Notes under the pieces: generated by a model | Seen by the model: only the letters and a program-made list of their open reading frames with translations | What the model was told of the DNA's origin: nothing | Database searches by the model: none | Program-made: the position numbers and the translations under genes | Source: an uncultured Roseburia sp. | Lineage (GTDB): Bacteria; Bacillota; Clostridia; Lachnospirales; Lachnospiraceae | Direction: 5' to 3' | Assembly: GCA_964495195.1 (NCBI GenBank) | Contig: CAZBUW010000003.1 | Location: 519-64,518, forward strand | Length of the DNA stretch: 64,000 nt | In this document: positions 1 through 7,779 of the stretch, in pieces | How the letters are laid out: each line of letters starts with the position of its first letter | Numbering within the stretch: position 1 is the first letter of the stretch

Positions 1-35
1 TATGCTGTGAACCCTCCAAAAAAAAGGAGATTATA

Positions 36-620
36 TTGCAGATGGAGTCGGATATCGCGGGTGCGATGGAAGAGGGAAGGTCATTGGAAGAAGTCCTGAA
101 AGAGCTGGGAGAGCCGGAGGAGGTCGCAAAAGAATTTAACGATAATTTTAGCGAGATTGAGAAGAAGGAGGAGCGAAGGAGAAGGCGCAGAAAGAAGAGA
201 GGAATCGTGATTGCAGCCGTGGCTGCTGTGATAGTCCTCCTGGCATTGCTAATCTACTGGGCGGTTCCAAAGACGAAGGACATCGCGGACAGCCGGATTT
301 TTGACCGGAAGGAAGTGCTGTCGGAGGCGGAGTCTGTGATTGCGCTGCTGGATGAGGAAGACTATGAGGCGCTGGAGGATTACATGACGGAGCAGCTCGC
401 CGAAGTGCTTGCGGATGGCGAACTTGACAAGGCGAAGGATATGGTGAGCAAAGAGTTCGGCGCTTTTTTGCGATATACCTATGAGGAGGCGGTGGAGGTG
501 ACGCAGCAGGGACAGAAGTTTGCCGTTGTGCAGATGAGCGCATCCTATGAGAATGTCAGCGTTGTCTACACCCTATCCTTCGATGAAGAAATGCGGCTTG
601 CGGGAATCTACATGAGATAG
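36..620 (+). CDS. membrane-anchored protein with DUF1700-like N-terminal segment, one TM helix and DUF3887-like C-terminal domain
   Basis: 194-aa ORF. EEGRSLEEVLKELGEPEEVAKEF resembles DUF1700 proteins, followed by an RRRRRRKKR stretch and hydrophobic helix IVIAAVAAVIVLLALLIYWAV. AAGGAGA at 24-30. The frame stays open back to base 1, so the true 5' end may lie outside the window. Confidence 0.55.
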   Translation: MQMESDIAGAMEEGRSLEEVLKELGEPEEVAKEFNDNFSEIEKKEERRRRRRKKRGIVIAAVAAVIVLLALLIYWAVPKTKDIADSRIFDRKEVLSEAESVIALLDEEDYEALEDYMTEQLAEVLADGELDKAKDMVSKEFGAFLRYTYEEAVEVTQQGQKFAVVQMSASYENVSVVYTLSFDEEMRLAGIYMR

Positions 621-632
621 GAGGGATTGTCG

Positions 633-977
633 ATGGATGTGGTGGAAGCAATCGTCTACTTAGTGATTGTGTCGTGGTGCGCACTGATTATGATTGTAAT
701 TGGAATCGTGCAGTTAAAAAGCCGTCGTCCCGTGGGATTCTGGAGCGGTATTGCGCCTCCGCCGGAGGAGAAAATCACGGATGTAAAAGCCTACAACAGA
801 AAACACGGATGGATGTGGATTATCTACGGTATCAGTATGCCGGGCTCATTTCTTGTCATGCTGCCGTTTGGAAGCGGGCTGGCAGCAGTTCTTGTCAACT
901 GCGCGGTAATGTGTGGCGGAATTATTGTGATGATTTTATACCATCTCCATCTGGAGAAAATGTATGTGAAGAAGTGA
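633..977 (+). CDS. small integral membrane protein (about 3 TM helices), function unknown
   Basis: The ORF track starts at TTG627. ATG633 lies 7 nt after GGAGGGA (619-625). Strongly hydrophobic segments throughout. Confidence 0.6.
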   Translation: MDVVEAIVYLVIVSWCALIMIVIGIVQLKSRRPVGFWSGIAPPPEEKITDVKAYNRKHGWMWIIYGISMPGSFLVMLPFGSGLAAVLVNCAVMCGGIIVMILYHLHLEKMYVKK

Positions 978-984
978 CGAGGGG

Positions 985-1365
985 ATGACGATGGGATTTT
1001 GGATTTTTATGGTATGGATGAATGCGCTCATACCGATTCTGATGATTTTATTCGGTCACATTCTGTGGAAGTATCCGCCGAAGGATATCAATGCAGTCTA
1101 CGGATACCGCACTTCCCGTTCAAGAGCGAGCCAGGAAGCGTGGCTCTTTGCGCAGACTTACTTTGGAAAGATTTGGTTCTATGAGGGAATCGGTCTTTTG
1201 GTCGTATCCGTGGTGGGGATGCTGCCGCTTCTCGGCGGACAGGTCGAGGAGATTGGAAAAGGCGGGGGGATTTTATGCGGTGTACAGGTCGTGCTGCTTC
1301 TGATTCCAATCATACCGACGGAGCGGGCGCTGAAGAAAAAATTCGGCGACCAAAAGAAACACTGA
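985..1365 (+). CDS. SdpI/YhfL-family membrane protein
   Basis: 126 aa. The pattern WKYPPKDINAVYGYRTSRSRASQEAWLFAQ between TM helices is typical of the SdpI immunity-protein family. Confidence 0.6.
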   Translation: MTMGFWIFMVWMNALIPILMILFGHILWKYPPKDINAVYGYRTSRSRASQEAWLFAQTYFGKIWFYEGIGLLVVSVVGMLPLLGGQVEEIGKGGGILCGVQVVLLLIPIIPTERALKKKFGDQKKH

Positions 1366-1865
1366 GACGCGCCTTGGGGAGCAAAGTGAGAATATGCCCT
1401 GGTGTTATGGCTCCCATTACTATTTGTTATTTTACAACGTTGAATTAACAAAGTATAATACAACATAAGCGTTTCGGTATGTGCAGTACATGTATTTATG
1501 CGCCAGAGGAAAAATGAAAAAAATCAAGTAATTGCCGGCATGTTCCTTAAAGACGGGGATGCTGGCGGAGAAGGGATCTGTGACAAGAGAGTGAGAACTT
1601 GTCTCCGGTCCTTTTTTCTGTGCCTTTTTAAGCAAAAATATGTTTTGCAACTTATAAATTATTTTACAAAAATTAGTTGGAAAATGTGATAACATCTAAA
1701 AAAGTCTGGAAATCCCTCCTGCACAGTTGTTAAATTAGACAAAATATTGAATAAAATATAAAATATTTTAACAAAATATAAAAGAAATGATGACAACCAT
1801 GTAAAAATGTGATAATGTCTAGATTGGAGTACAAAATCGAAACATGTGAAAGGGAGGATTTTACA

Positions 1866-4800
1866 ATGAAAAGAGGTTTTTCAATCGTACTCGCGGCGGC
1901 AGTGGTTGTCAGCAGCCTATGGGGAAATGGAAGTCTGGTGGCGCTGTCTGCGAAGGAGAGCGGTGCGGCTTCGATCCGCCTGACGGAGGAGGATGTGGAG
2001 CGGCTGACCGGAAAGGCGTCGGTGGAGCGCACGAGCGTCCACGATCCGTCAATTGTGAAAGCGGGTGAGGAAAACTACTATGTGTTCGGCTCCCATATGG
2101 GAGTGTCGAAATCATCCGATCTTAAGAATTGGACCTCGGTCACGGGGGAGTCGACAGACAGCACGCTGTTTGGAAATGCGGAGGGGGAGATTGTTTCCTA
2201 TGAAAATGCATTCACCCGCAACGCATATACGGGGCAGGTAACTGTCTTAAAGAGCGACGGAACGGTCGCGGCGGTGGATTTTGGAACCTACGATGCGGCG
2301 GCATGGATTTCCGACAATACCGTGCAGGGAAATATGTGGGCGCCGGATGTTATTTATAATGAAGCAATGGGAAAATGGTGCATGTATTTGAGCCTAAACG
2401 GTGCAAAGTGGAATTCGAGTATCATCCTCCTGACTGCGGATGAAATCGAGGGACCTTATGTCTATCAGGGGCCGGTCGTTTTTACCGGTTTTTCCACTGC
2501 GGATTCTTCAAAATCATACCACGACACCGACTTAGAGCTCGTGCTTGGGGAGATGGAGGAATTGCCGGAGCGCTATCAGAAAATTGCAGATTCGAGCTGG
2601 GGAGAGTATTATCCGCACGCAATCGATCCGGCCGTTTTTTATGATGAGGATGGAAAACTCTGGATGACCTACGGTTCCTGGTCGGGCGGAATCTATCTGC
2701 TCGAACTGGATGAAAATACGGGGCTGCGCGATTACACAATCGCCTACGAGGATACCTATGATGCACTTGGCGCCTCTATGACGTCGGACCCTTATTTCGG
2801 GAAAAAAATTGCGGGCGGATACTATGTATCCGGCGAGGGGCCATACATTGAACACATCGGGGAGTATTATTATCTGTTTGTCTCGTATGGATTCTATTCC
2901 CCGGAGGGCGGATATAATATGAGAGTATTCCGCTCGGAGACGCCGGACGGACCTTATGTCGACAGCAAAGGAAACAGTGCCATCTATTCGAAATACATAA
3001 TGAACTACAATGGTAGTAACACAGAAAACTATTACGGCGAAAAGATTATGGGAAATTATAAGTGGAATACGATGGATATGGCGGAAGTGGCGCAGGGACA
3101 CAACTCTGTTTTGGTGGATTCGGACGGAAAAGCCTATCTGGTCTACCACACAAAGTTTGCCGACGGAACGGCATCCCACGAAGTCCGTGTGCACCAGCTT
3201 TTTGTAAACGAGGACGGATGGCTTGTGGCGGCTCCGTATGAATACTCCGGGGAGACGATTTCCGATGAGGGGTACGACAGGGATGCTGTCGTGGGAAGCT
3301 ATGATGTCATCACACATGAGTATCAGATTGACTATGCGGATCTCGCCTATGAGACGCCGGTTTCCGTTACCTTGAACGGGGATGGAACAGTGACGGGGGA
3401 CAGGACGGGAAGCTGGAGTATGACAGAGGGGACGCCTTATGCGCAGATTACGCTGGATGGTACGACGTACCGCGGTGTCTTTACGGAGCAGGTCATCGAC
3501 GGAAGCAATGTCACGACAATGTGTTTTACGGTCGTGAGTGAGAGCGGACTCTGCGTCTGGGGTTCCGGAGAGCCGGCCGATGACGCCGTAGTGGCACAGA
3601 ATGCCGCGGACAAAAGCATTCTGATTCCGCAGAATACATATGCAGATCTGACGCTTCCGACGGAGGGGCTGAATGGGGCGGTGATATCCTGGTCCTCGGA
3701 CAATCAGGCGGTTCTCACGGACGAAGGTGCAGTGACAATCCCGCAGGAGGATACGACAGTCACGCTGACAGAGACAATCAGCAAGGGGGATTACTATTTT
3801 GAAAAAGAGTACCGGGTGACGGTGAAGGCGGAAGTGCAAAACAGCACGGATTCCATCGTGACTGGAACCTGTTTTACAGATGAAAAGCAGGATCTGTCGA
3901 AGTGTTTAGACGGAAGCCTCTCCGTGGACAATCCATTTTACTGTGGAACAAACTATGGGTTAGACCTCTCCGGCGGAGTGACGATCGAGTTCGACGTGGA
4001 GGCGACCGGAGAGGTGCATGTTCTGGGAACGATTTTCTCTTTCTTAGCGGATGGGGGAACGAATGGAAGACTCTATTTTACGCCGGGTTCCTATCTCGGT
4101 TACAATGCCGGGGGCAGTTATTTTGATGCCAATATGAAGAACTACGGTCTTGTGGAGGATTATATCGGGGAGGCAGCCCACGTGGCGGTCAATCTGAACC
4201 GGAAAGGATTCTCTGTGAGCGTTGATGGGGAGACTGCATATACGGAGGCGATTACGGCGACGGAGAACGGGGCCGCGTCCATCACAAGCTATCAAAAAGT
4301 TTTAGACTGGCTTAGTCAGTCGGCGGATTCCCTCTATTTTGGCTTCGGTTCCTGGTGGTCTGCGGCAGGGTACGACGAGGCGAATGTCACGATTGAAAAC
4401 GTGGTCTGCACGGTGGGACCAAAGGATGAGTCCGCGGCGGATGAGGTTGTGGAGAATCCTGAAATTACGGCGGATGAGATCAGCTTAGAGACCAATGCCG
4501 ATCTCGCCTTTATTCACAACCCGTTCTATCACGCGGAGTTTGATGCGGTGACGGTGGATTATACGGTCTCATTTGACGAGGCCGCGGCAAAGAATGGGTG
4601 GGATGGAATCTTTAGTTTTTATAACAGCTCCACAGGTGCGAGAGTGTCCTTCCAGACGGCGCCATATCTCTGTTTTAACGATGCGGCGGGCAGTTGGATG
4701 GATGTCAACCGGCCGGCGGACGAGGGAACAAACGCACTGACGGCATACAATCTCGAAGCTGGGAAATCGTATAATTTTACAATTGTAATTACATCAGAGG

Positions 4801-6440
4801 AAGTCGCAATGTACCTGGAGGGAATTAAAATCCCGGTGTCTGTCGTGGATTCCGGGTGCACGGCGAAGTCTGTTTTAAAGGCGATTGCAGCGGCAGATCA
4901 GTTCAGCTGGGGCGTCGGAGCAGCTGAGACTTCCTATTGGAACACAGAGCTGTGCACGTTGACAGATGTCTCCATCACCGGGAAAAAAATGGAGTCGGAG
5001 CCTTTTGACAAGGAGGAATATGAACTTACTTCCACCTCGGACTGTGAGGTGACAGAGAATCCTTATTATGGCGTACAGTTCGATCAGCTTTATGTGGATT
5101 ATACGATGATCTGGTCAGAGGATGCAGCGAAAAACGGATGGGACGGAATCTTTAGTTTCTACAACAGTGCGACGGGTGGGCGCGTTTCCTTCCAGAGCGC
5201 ACCATATATCTGTTTTAACGACGGCGCCGGAAACTGGATTGATATCAATCAGCCGGGAGCAGGAGGCTGCAATGCAGCCACAGACCTTGGGATTGAGCCG
5301 GGGGAGGAAGTGACGGTCTCGATTGGCATGACAAGAGACGGAATCTCCATGAGCGTCAACGGGGAGAAGATTGCGACAGCCGAGAATAGCTCGGGGGCGG
5401 ATTATGAGGAGCTGTTAAATTATATCAGTGAATGCGACCAGCTCGCCTACGGCGTGGGGCAGGCGGAGAAGGCATATTGGTGGAGCGAGCTCTGTACGGT
5501 GAAAAATCTTCACATCTCGCCGGTTCAGATTAAGGCACAAGCCGTTGGAAGCGGAAGTGCGGAGGGAAGTGCACATTCGAATCAGGCAACGCTTTCAGCG
5601 GGCGCTGATGAGGGAGCTGCCTTCGCCGGCTGGTATATCGGGGATATCTGTATCGGAACGGAGGAGACGATTGCGCTTACCGTTGGAAAAAATGTGACGG
5701 TGGAGGCAAGGTTTGAAACGGCAGACGAGCCGACGGAACCGGACGAGCCGACGGAGCCGGAGGAGACAGAAGAACCGGAAGAGCCGGAGGAGACGGAGGA
5801 GACAGAGGAACCGGAGGAGACGGAAGAATCGGAGGACACGGAAGAACCGGAAGAGACGGAAGAGCCGGAGGAGACGGAGGAGATAACGGGAACGGTGACC
5901 CTGCCGGAGGAATCGGCGAGTACTTTGGTGAGCAGCAGTGCAGCGGGAGTGATTCTGCAGGGCGCCGACGGCATTTTGCCTGCAGGTGCGGATGTTACGG
6001 TTGAACAGGTGAAAGCGGGAAGTGTGGAATATGCAAAGGCAAGTGCGGCAGTAGAAAAGTATCTGGAAAATGATTGTAGTTATATTGTGTACGAGATCGA
6101 TCTGCTGGATGCGCAAAACGTTGCGATCCACGAGTTGGACGGCATGGTGTCAGTGACGATGCCGCTGCCGCAGGAACTCACAATTCCGGACGGACAGAAA
6201 CTGACGGTATACCGCTTAAATGACGACGGAACACTCACGCCATGTGAGACGACGGTCAAAGACGGCAAGCTCACATTCTGGACGGACCATTTCAGCACGT
6301 TTATCTTTGCGGTGGAGAATGCGGGGACAGCGGCAGCGGAGACCTCGGATTGCAATGCGCAAAATATTCCAATTGCGCTTGGAATTTTGGCATTTGGAAT
6401 GTTCCTTTTTGCTGCGGGGAAAAAAAGAGAGATTAGGTAG
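1866..6440 (+). CDS. secreted multidomain glycoside hydrolase family 43 protein (arabinanase/xylosidase-like) with LamG-like modules, acidic linker and C-terminal membrane anchor
   Basis: Likely start ATG1866, 8 nt after GGGAGG (1852-1857); the track start is GTG1809. Signal peptide MKRGFSIVLAAAVVVSSLWG. GH43 hallmarks HDPSIVK..YYVFGSH, WAPDV, GPYIEH. These are followed by Ig-like and concanavalin/LamG-like modules, an E/P/T linker, and a hydrophobic helix plus KKREIR at the C-terminus. Confidence 0.85.
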   Translation: MKRGFSIVLAAAVVVSSLWGNGSLVALSAKESGAASIRLTEEDVERLTGKASVERTSVHDPSIVKAGEENYYVFGSHMGVSKSSDLKNWTSVTGESTDSTLFGNAEGEIVSYENAFTRNAYTGQVTVLKSDGTVAAVDFGTYDAAAWISDNTVQGNMWAPDVIYNEAMGKWCMYLSLNGAKWNSSIILLTADEIEGPYVYQGPVVFTGFSTADSSKSYHDTDLELVLGEMEELPERYQKIADSSWGEYYPHAIDPAVFYDEDGKLWMTYGSWSGGIYLLELDENTGLRDYTIAYEDTYDALGASMTSDPYFGKKIAGGYYVSGEGPYIEHIGEYYYLFVSYGFYSPEGGYNMRVFRSETPDGPYVDSKGNSAIYSKYIMNYNGSNTENYYGEKIMGNYKWNTMDMAEVAQGHNSVLVDSDGKAYLVYHTKFADGTASHEVRVHQLFVNEDGWLVAAPYEYSGETISDEGYDRDAVVGSYDVITHEYQIDYADLAYETPVSVTLNGDGTVTGDRTGSWSMTEGTPYAQITLDGTTYRGVFTEQVIDGSNVTTMCFTVVSESGLCVWGSGEPADDAVVAQNAADKSILIPQNTYADLTLPTEGLNGAVISWSSDNQAVLTDEGAVTIPQEDTTVTLTETISKGDYYFEKEYRVTVKAEVQNSTDSIVTGTCFTDEKQDLSKCLDGSLSVDNPFYCGTNYGLDLSGGVTIEFDVEATGEVHVLGTIFSFLADGGTNGRLYFTPGSYLGYNAGGSYFDANMKNYGLVEDYIGEAAHVAVNLNRKGFSVSVDGETAYTEAITATENGAASITSYQKVLDWLSQSADSLYFGFGSWWSAAGYDEANVTIENVVCTVGPKDESAADEVVENPEITADEISLETNADLAFIHNPFYHAEFDAVTVDYTVSFDEAAAKNGWDGIFSFYNSSTGARVSFQTAPYLCFNDAAGSWMDVNRPADEGTNALTAYNLEAGKSYNFTIVITSEEVAMYLEGIKIPVSVVDSGCTAKSVLKAIAAADQFSWGVGAAETSYWNTELCTLTDVSITGKKMESEPFDKEEYELTSTSDCEVTENPYYGVQFDQLYVDYTMIWSEDAAKNGWDGIFSFYNSATGGRVSFQSAPYICFNDGAGNWIDINQPGAGGCNAATDLGIEPGEEVTVSIGMTRDGISMSVNGEKIATAENSSGADYEELLNYISECDQLAYGVGQAEKAYWWSELCTVKNLHISPVQIKAQAVGSGSAEGSAHSNQATLSAGADEGAAFAGWYIGDICIGTEETIALTVGKNVTVEARFETADEPTEPDEPTEPEETEEPEEPEETEETEEPEETEESEDTEEPEETEEPEETEEITGTVTLPEESASTLVSSSAAGVILQGADGILPAGADVTVEQVKAGSVEYAKASAAVEKYLENDCSYIVYEIDLLDAQNVAIHELDGMVSVTMPLPQELTIPDGQKLTVYRLNDDGTLTPCETTVKDGKLTFWTDHFSTFIFAVENAGTAAAETSDCNAQNIPIALGILAFGMFLFAAGKKREIR
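4488..5528 (+). repeat. tandem duplication of a ~170-aa domain inside the GH43 gene (units about 4488-4985 and 5019-5528)
   Basis: The units share VDYT..AAKNGWDGIFSFYNS.TG.RVSFQ.APY.CFND.AG.W.D.N.P and a W..ELCT motif. Nucleotide identity is roughly 70-75% by eye in the conserved block. Confidence 0.8.
5724..5882 (+). repeat. in-frame tandem 18-bp (6-aa) acidic repeats encoding an E-P/T-E linker
   Basis: About 9 units of GAG-CCG/ACG-GAG/GAA-GAA-CCG-GAG type, translated DEPTEPDEPTEPEETEEPEEPEETEETEEPEETEESEDTEEPEETEEPEETEE. Confidence 0.9.
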
Positions 6441-6457
6441 GCGCAGGGGCGCTTGAC

Positions 6458-6530
6458 AAAAGCCTTTCCATGAGATATTCTTCATAAGGATTACATACAA
6501 ACTTAGTAGGATATCATGGAAAGGCTTTTT
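6458..6530 (+). terminator. long hairpin after the GH43 gene; the 3' arm overlaps the first ATG of the next gene
   Basis: 15-bp perfect arms AAAAGCCTTTCCATG (6458-6472) and CATGGAAAGGCTTTT (6515-6529) with a 42-nt loop, followed by T-rich sequence. Confidence 0.45.
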
Positions 6531-7706
6531 ATTATGAAATTTGAAAATGGTTCGACCATCACATGGAAGCAATTGCAGGAGATAGAGAGGTACCGCTTGT
6601 TAGACTGCCGCGACGAGGCGTCTTATCAGTATGGAACGGTACCCGGGGCAGTGCAGTGTGCGGGGGCGGAAATAGAGGAAAAATGTACGGATTTTGGCAG
6701 GGAGGAGCCAATTTGCGTCTTTTGCAAGACGGGGAGTGCAAGTGCAAAAATTGTTGAGGAGCTGGTGCGTCTGGGGTATCTCGCCTACAATATGGAGGGC
6801 GGTTACAACGCGTGGCTCCTGGGGCAGATGGAGACGGCAGAGTGCCCGGCGGAAAGCGGGGAGGAGCGCGCGGCGGAGATTGAGAAGAGTATCCGCAAAA
6901 AGTTCCACAAGCAGATTTTCAGCCGTTTTGCCAAAGCAATCAACCAGTATGAGATGCTGCAGGAGGGCGATAAGGTCGCGGTCTGCATCTCGGGCGGAAA
7001 AGATTCCATGCTGATGGCGAAGTGCTTTCAGGAATTGAAGCGCCACAATAAATTTCAGTTCGACCTTGTTTTTCTGGTGATGGACCCGGGGTATAACGAG
7101 ATGAACCGGAGACTGATTGAGACGAATGCGAAAATGATGGACATCCCAATTACCATTTTCGAGACGGAAATCTTCGATGCGGTCTATGAGGTCGAAAAAT
7201 CCCCGTGCTATCTGTGTGCGAGGATGAGAAGGGGGTATCTGTACAGCAAGGCGAAGGAGCTCGGCTGCAACAAGATTGCGCTCGGGCATCATTACGATGA
7301 TGTGATTGAGACGATTTTGATGGGAATGCTGTACGGCGCGCAGATACAGACCATGATGCCAAAACTCCACAGCACGAACTTTGAGGGGATGGAGCTGATC
7401 CGGCCGCTCTACCTTGTGCGAGAGGATGACATCAGGCATTGGCGGGATTACAATCATCTGAATTTTTTGCAGTGCGCCTGCCATTTTACGGAGACGTGCA
7501 GCAGCTGCAATGAGGACGGGACCTCCGCGTCGAAGCGACTCGAGATTAAGAAACTGATCCGCGACCTGAAAAAGGTCAACCCCTACATTGAGGGAAATAT
7601 CTTTAAAAGTGTCGAAAATGTGAATTTAAGCACGATTATCGCATATAAAAAAAATGGAGTTGTCCATCATTTTTTAGAGGATTATGATAAAAATGACGAA
7701 TCCTGA
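6516..7706 (+). CDS. rhodanese domain fused to a TtcA-family tRNA thiolation PP-loop ATPase
   Basis: N-terminal rhodanese with active-site loop CVFCKTGSAS. C-terminal PP-loop CISGGKDSM plus Cys pairs CYLCARMRR and CSSC, as in TtcA. An alternative start is ATG6534. Confidence 0.8.
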   Translation: MERLFIMKFENGSTITWKQLQEIERYRLLDCRDEASYQYGTVPGAVQCAGAEIEEKCTDFGREEPICVFCKTGSASAKIVEELVRLGYLAYNMEGGYNAWLLGQMETAECPAESGEERAAEIEKSIRKKFHKQIFSRFAKAINQYEMLQEGDKVAVCISGGKDSMLMAKCFQELKRHNKFQFDLVFLVMDPGYNEMNRRLIETNAKMMDIPITIFETEIFDAVYEVEKSPCYLCARMRRGYLYSKAKELGCNKIALGHHYDDVIETILMGMLYGAQIQTMMPKLHSTNFEGMELIRPLYLVREDDIRHWRDYNHLNFLQCACHFTETCSSCNEDGTSASKRLEIKKLIRDLKKVNPYIEGNIFKSVENVNLSTIIAYKKNGVVHHFLEDYDKNDES

Positions 7707-7734
7707 AAAAAACGTATTGTAAAATTGAAAAATT

Positions 7735-7743
7735 TGGTATAAT
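7735..7743 (+). promoter_or_regulatory. extended -10 promoter element (TGgTATAAT) upstream of the hybrid kinase gene
   Basis: TGGTATAAT at 7735-7743, 37 nt before ATG7780. No good -35 hexamer at 17-nt spacing. Confidence 0.4.
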
Positions 7744-7779
7744 GTGAGAGGCACATAGAAAAACGGAGGAAAGCAAAAA

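Noticed and set aside
1514-1531. 5-codon mini-ORF (MKKIK) with an AGAGGA upstream, considered as a leader peptide for the GH43 gene
   Set aside because: RBS spacing is only about 4 nt. No associated alternative-structure logic could be identified, and the downstream hairpin/T run (1582-1617) is non-canonical.
2532-3839. 435-aa ORF on the minus strand, antisense to the GH43 gene
   Set aside because: It lies entirely inside a gene with clear family motifs on the + strand. The translation is Arg/His/Cys/Ile-rich low-complexity sequence with no recognisable motif and no RBS. This is the typical stop-codon-poor antisense frame of a GC-rich third-position gene.
5724-5882. Regular 18-bp tandem repeats considered as a CRISPR-like array or non-coding VNTR
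   Set aside because: There are no spacers. The period is a multiple of 3 and in frame with the GH43 ORF, encoding an E/P/T linker.
6600-7484. 294-aa minus-strand ORF antisense to the rhodanese-TtcA gene. Similar cases: 32670-33395 antisense to nagB/nagA, 35894-36514 antisense to an MCP, 17914-18468, 9850-10344.
   Set aside because: Same reasoning. Each is nested in a confidently assigned + strand gene and has no motif or translation signals.
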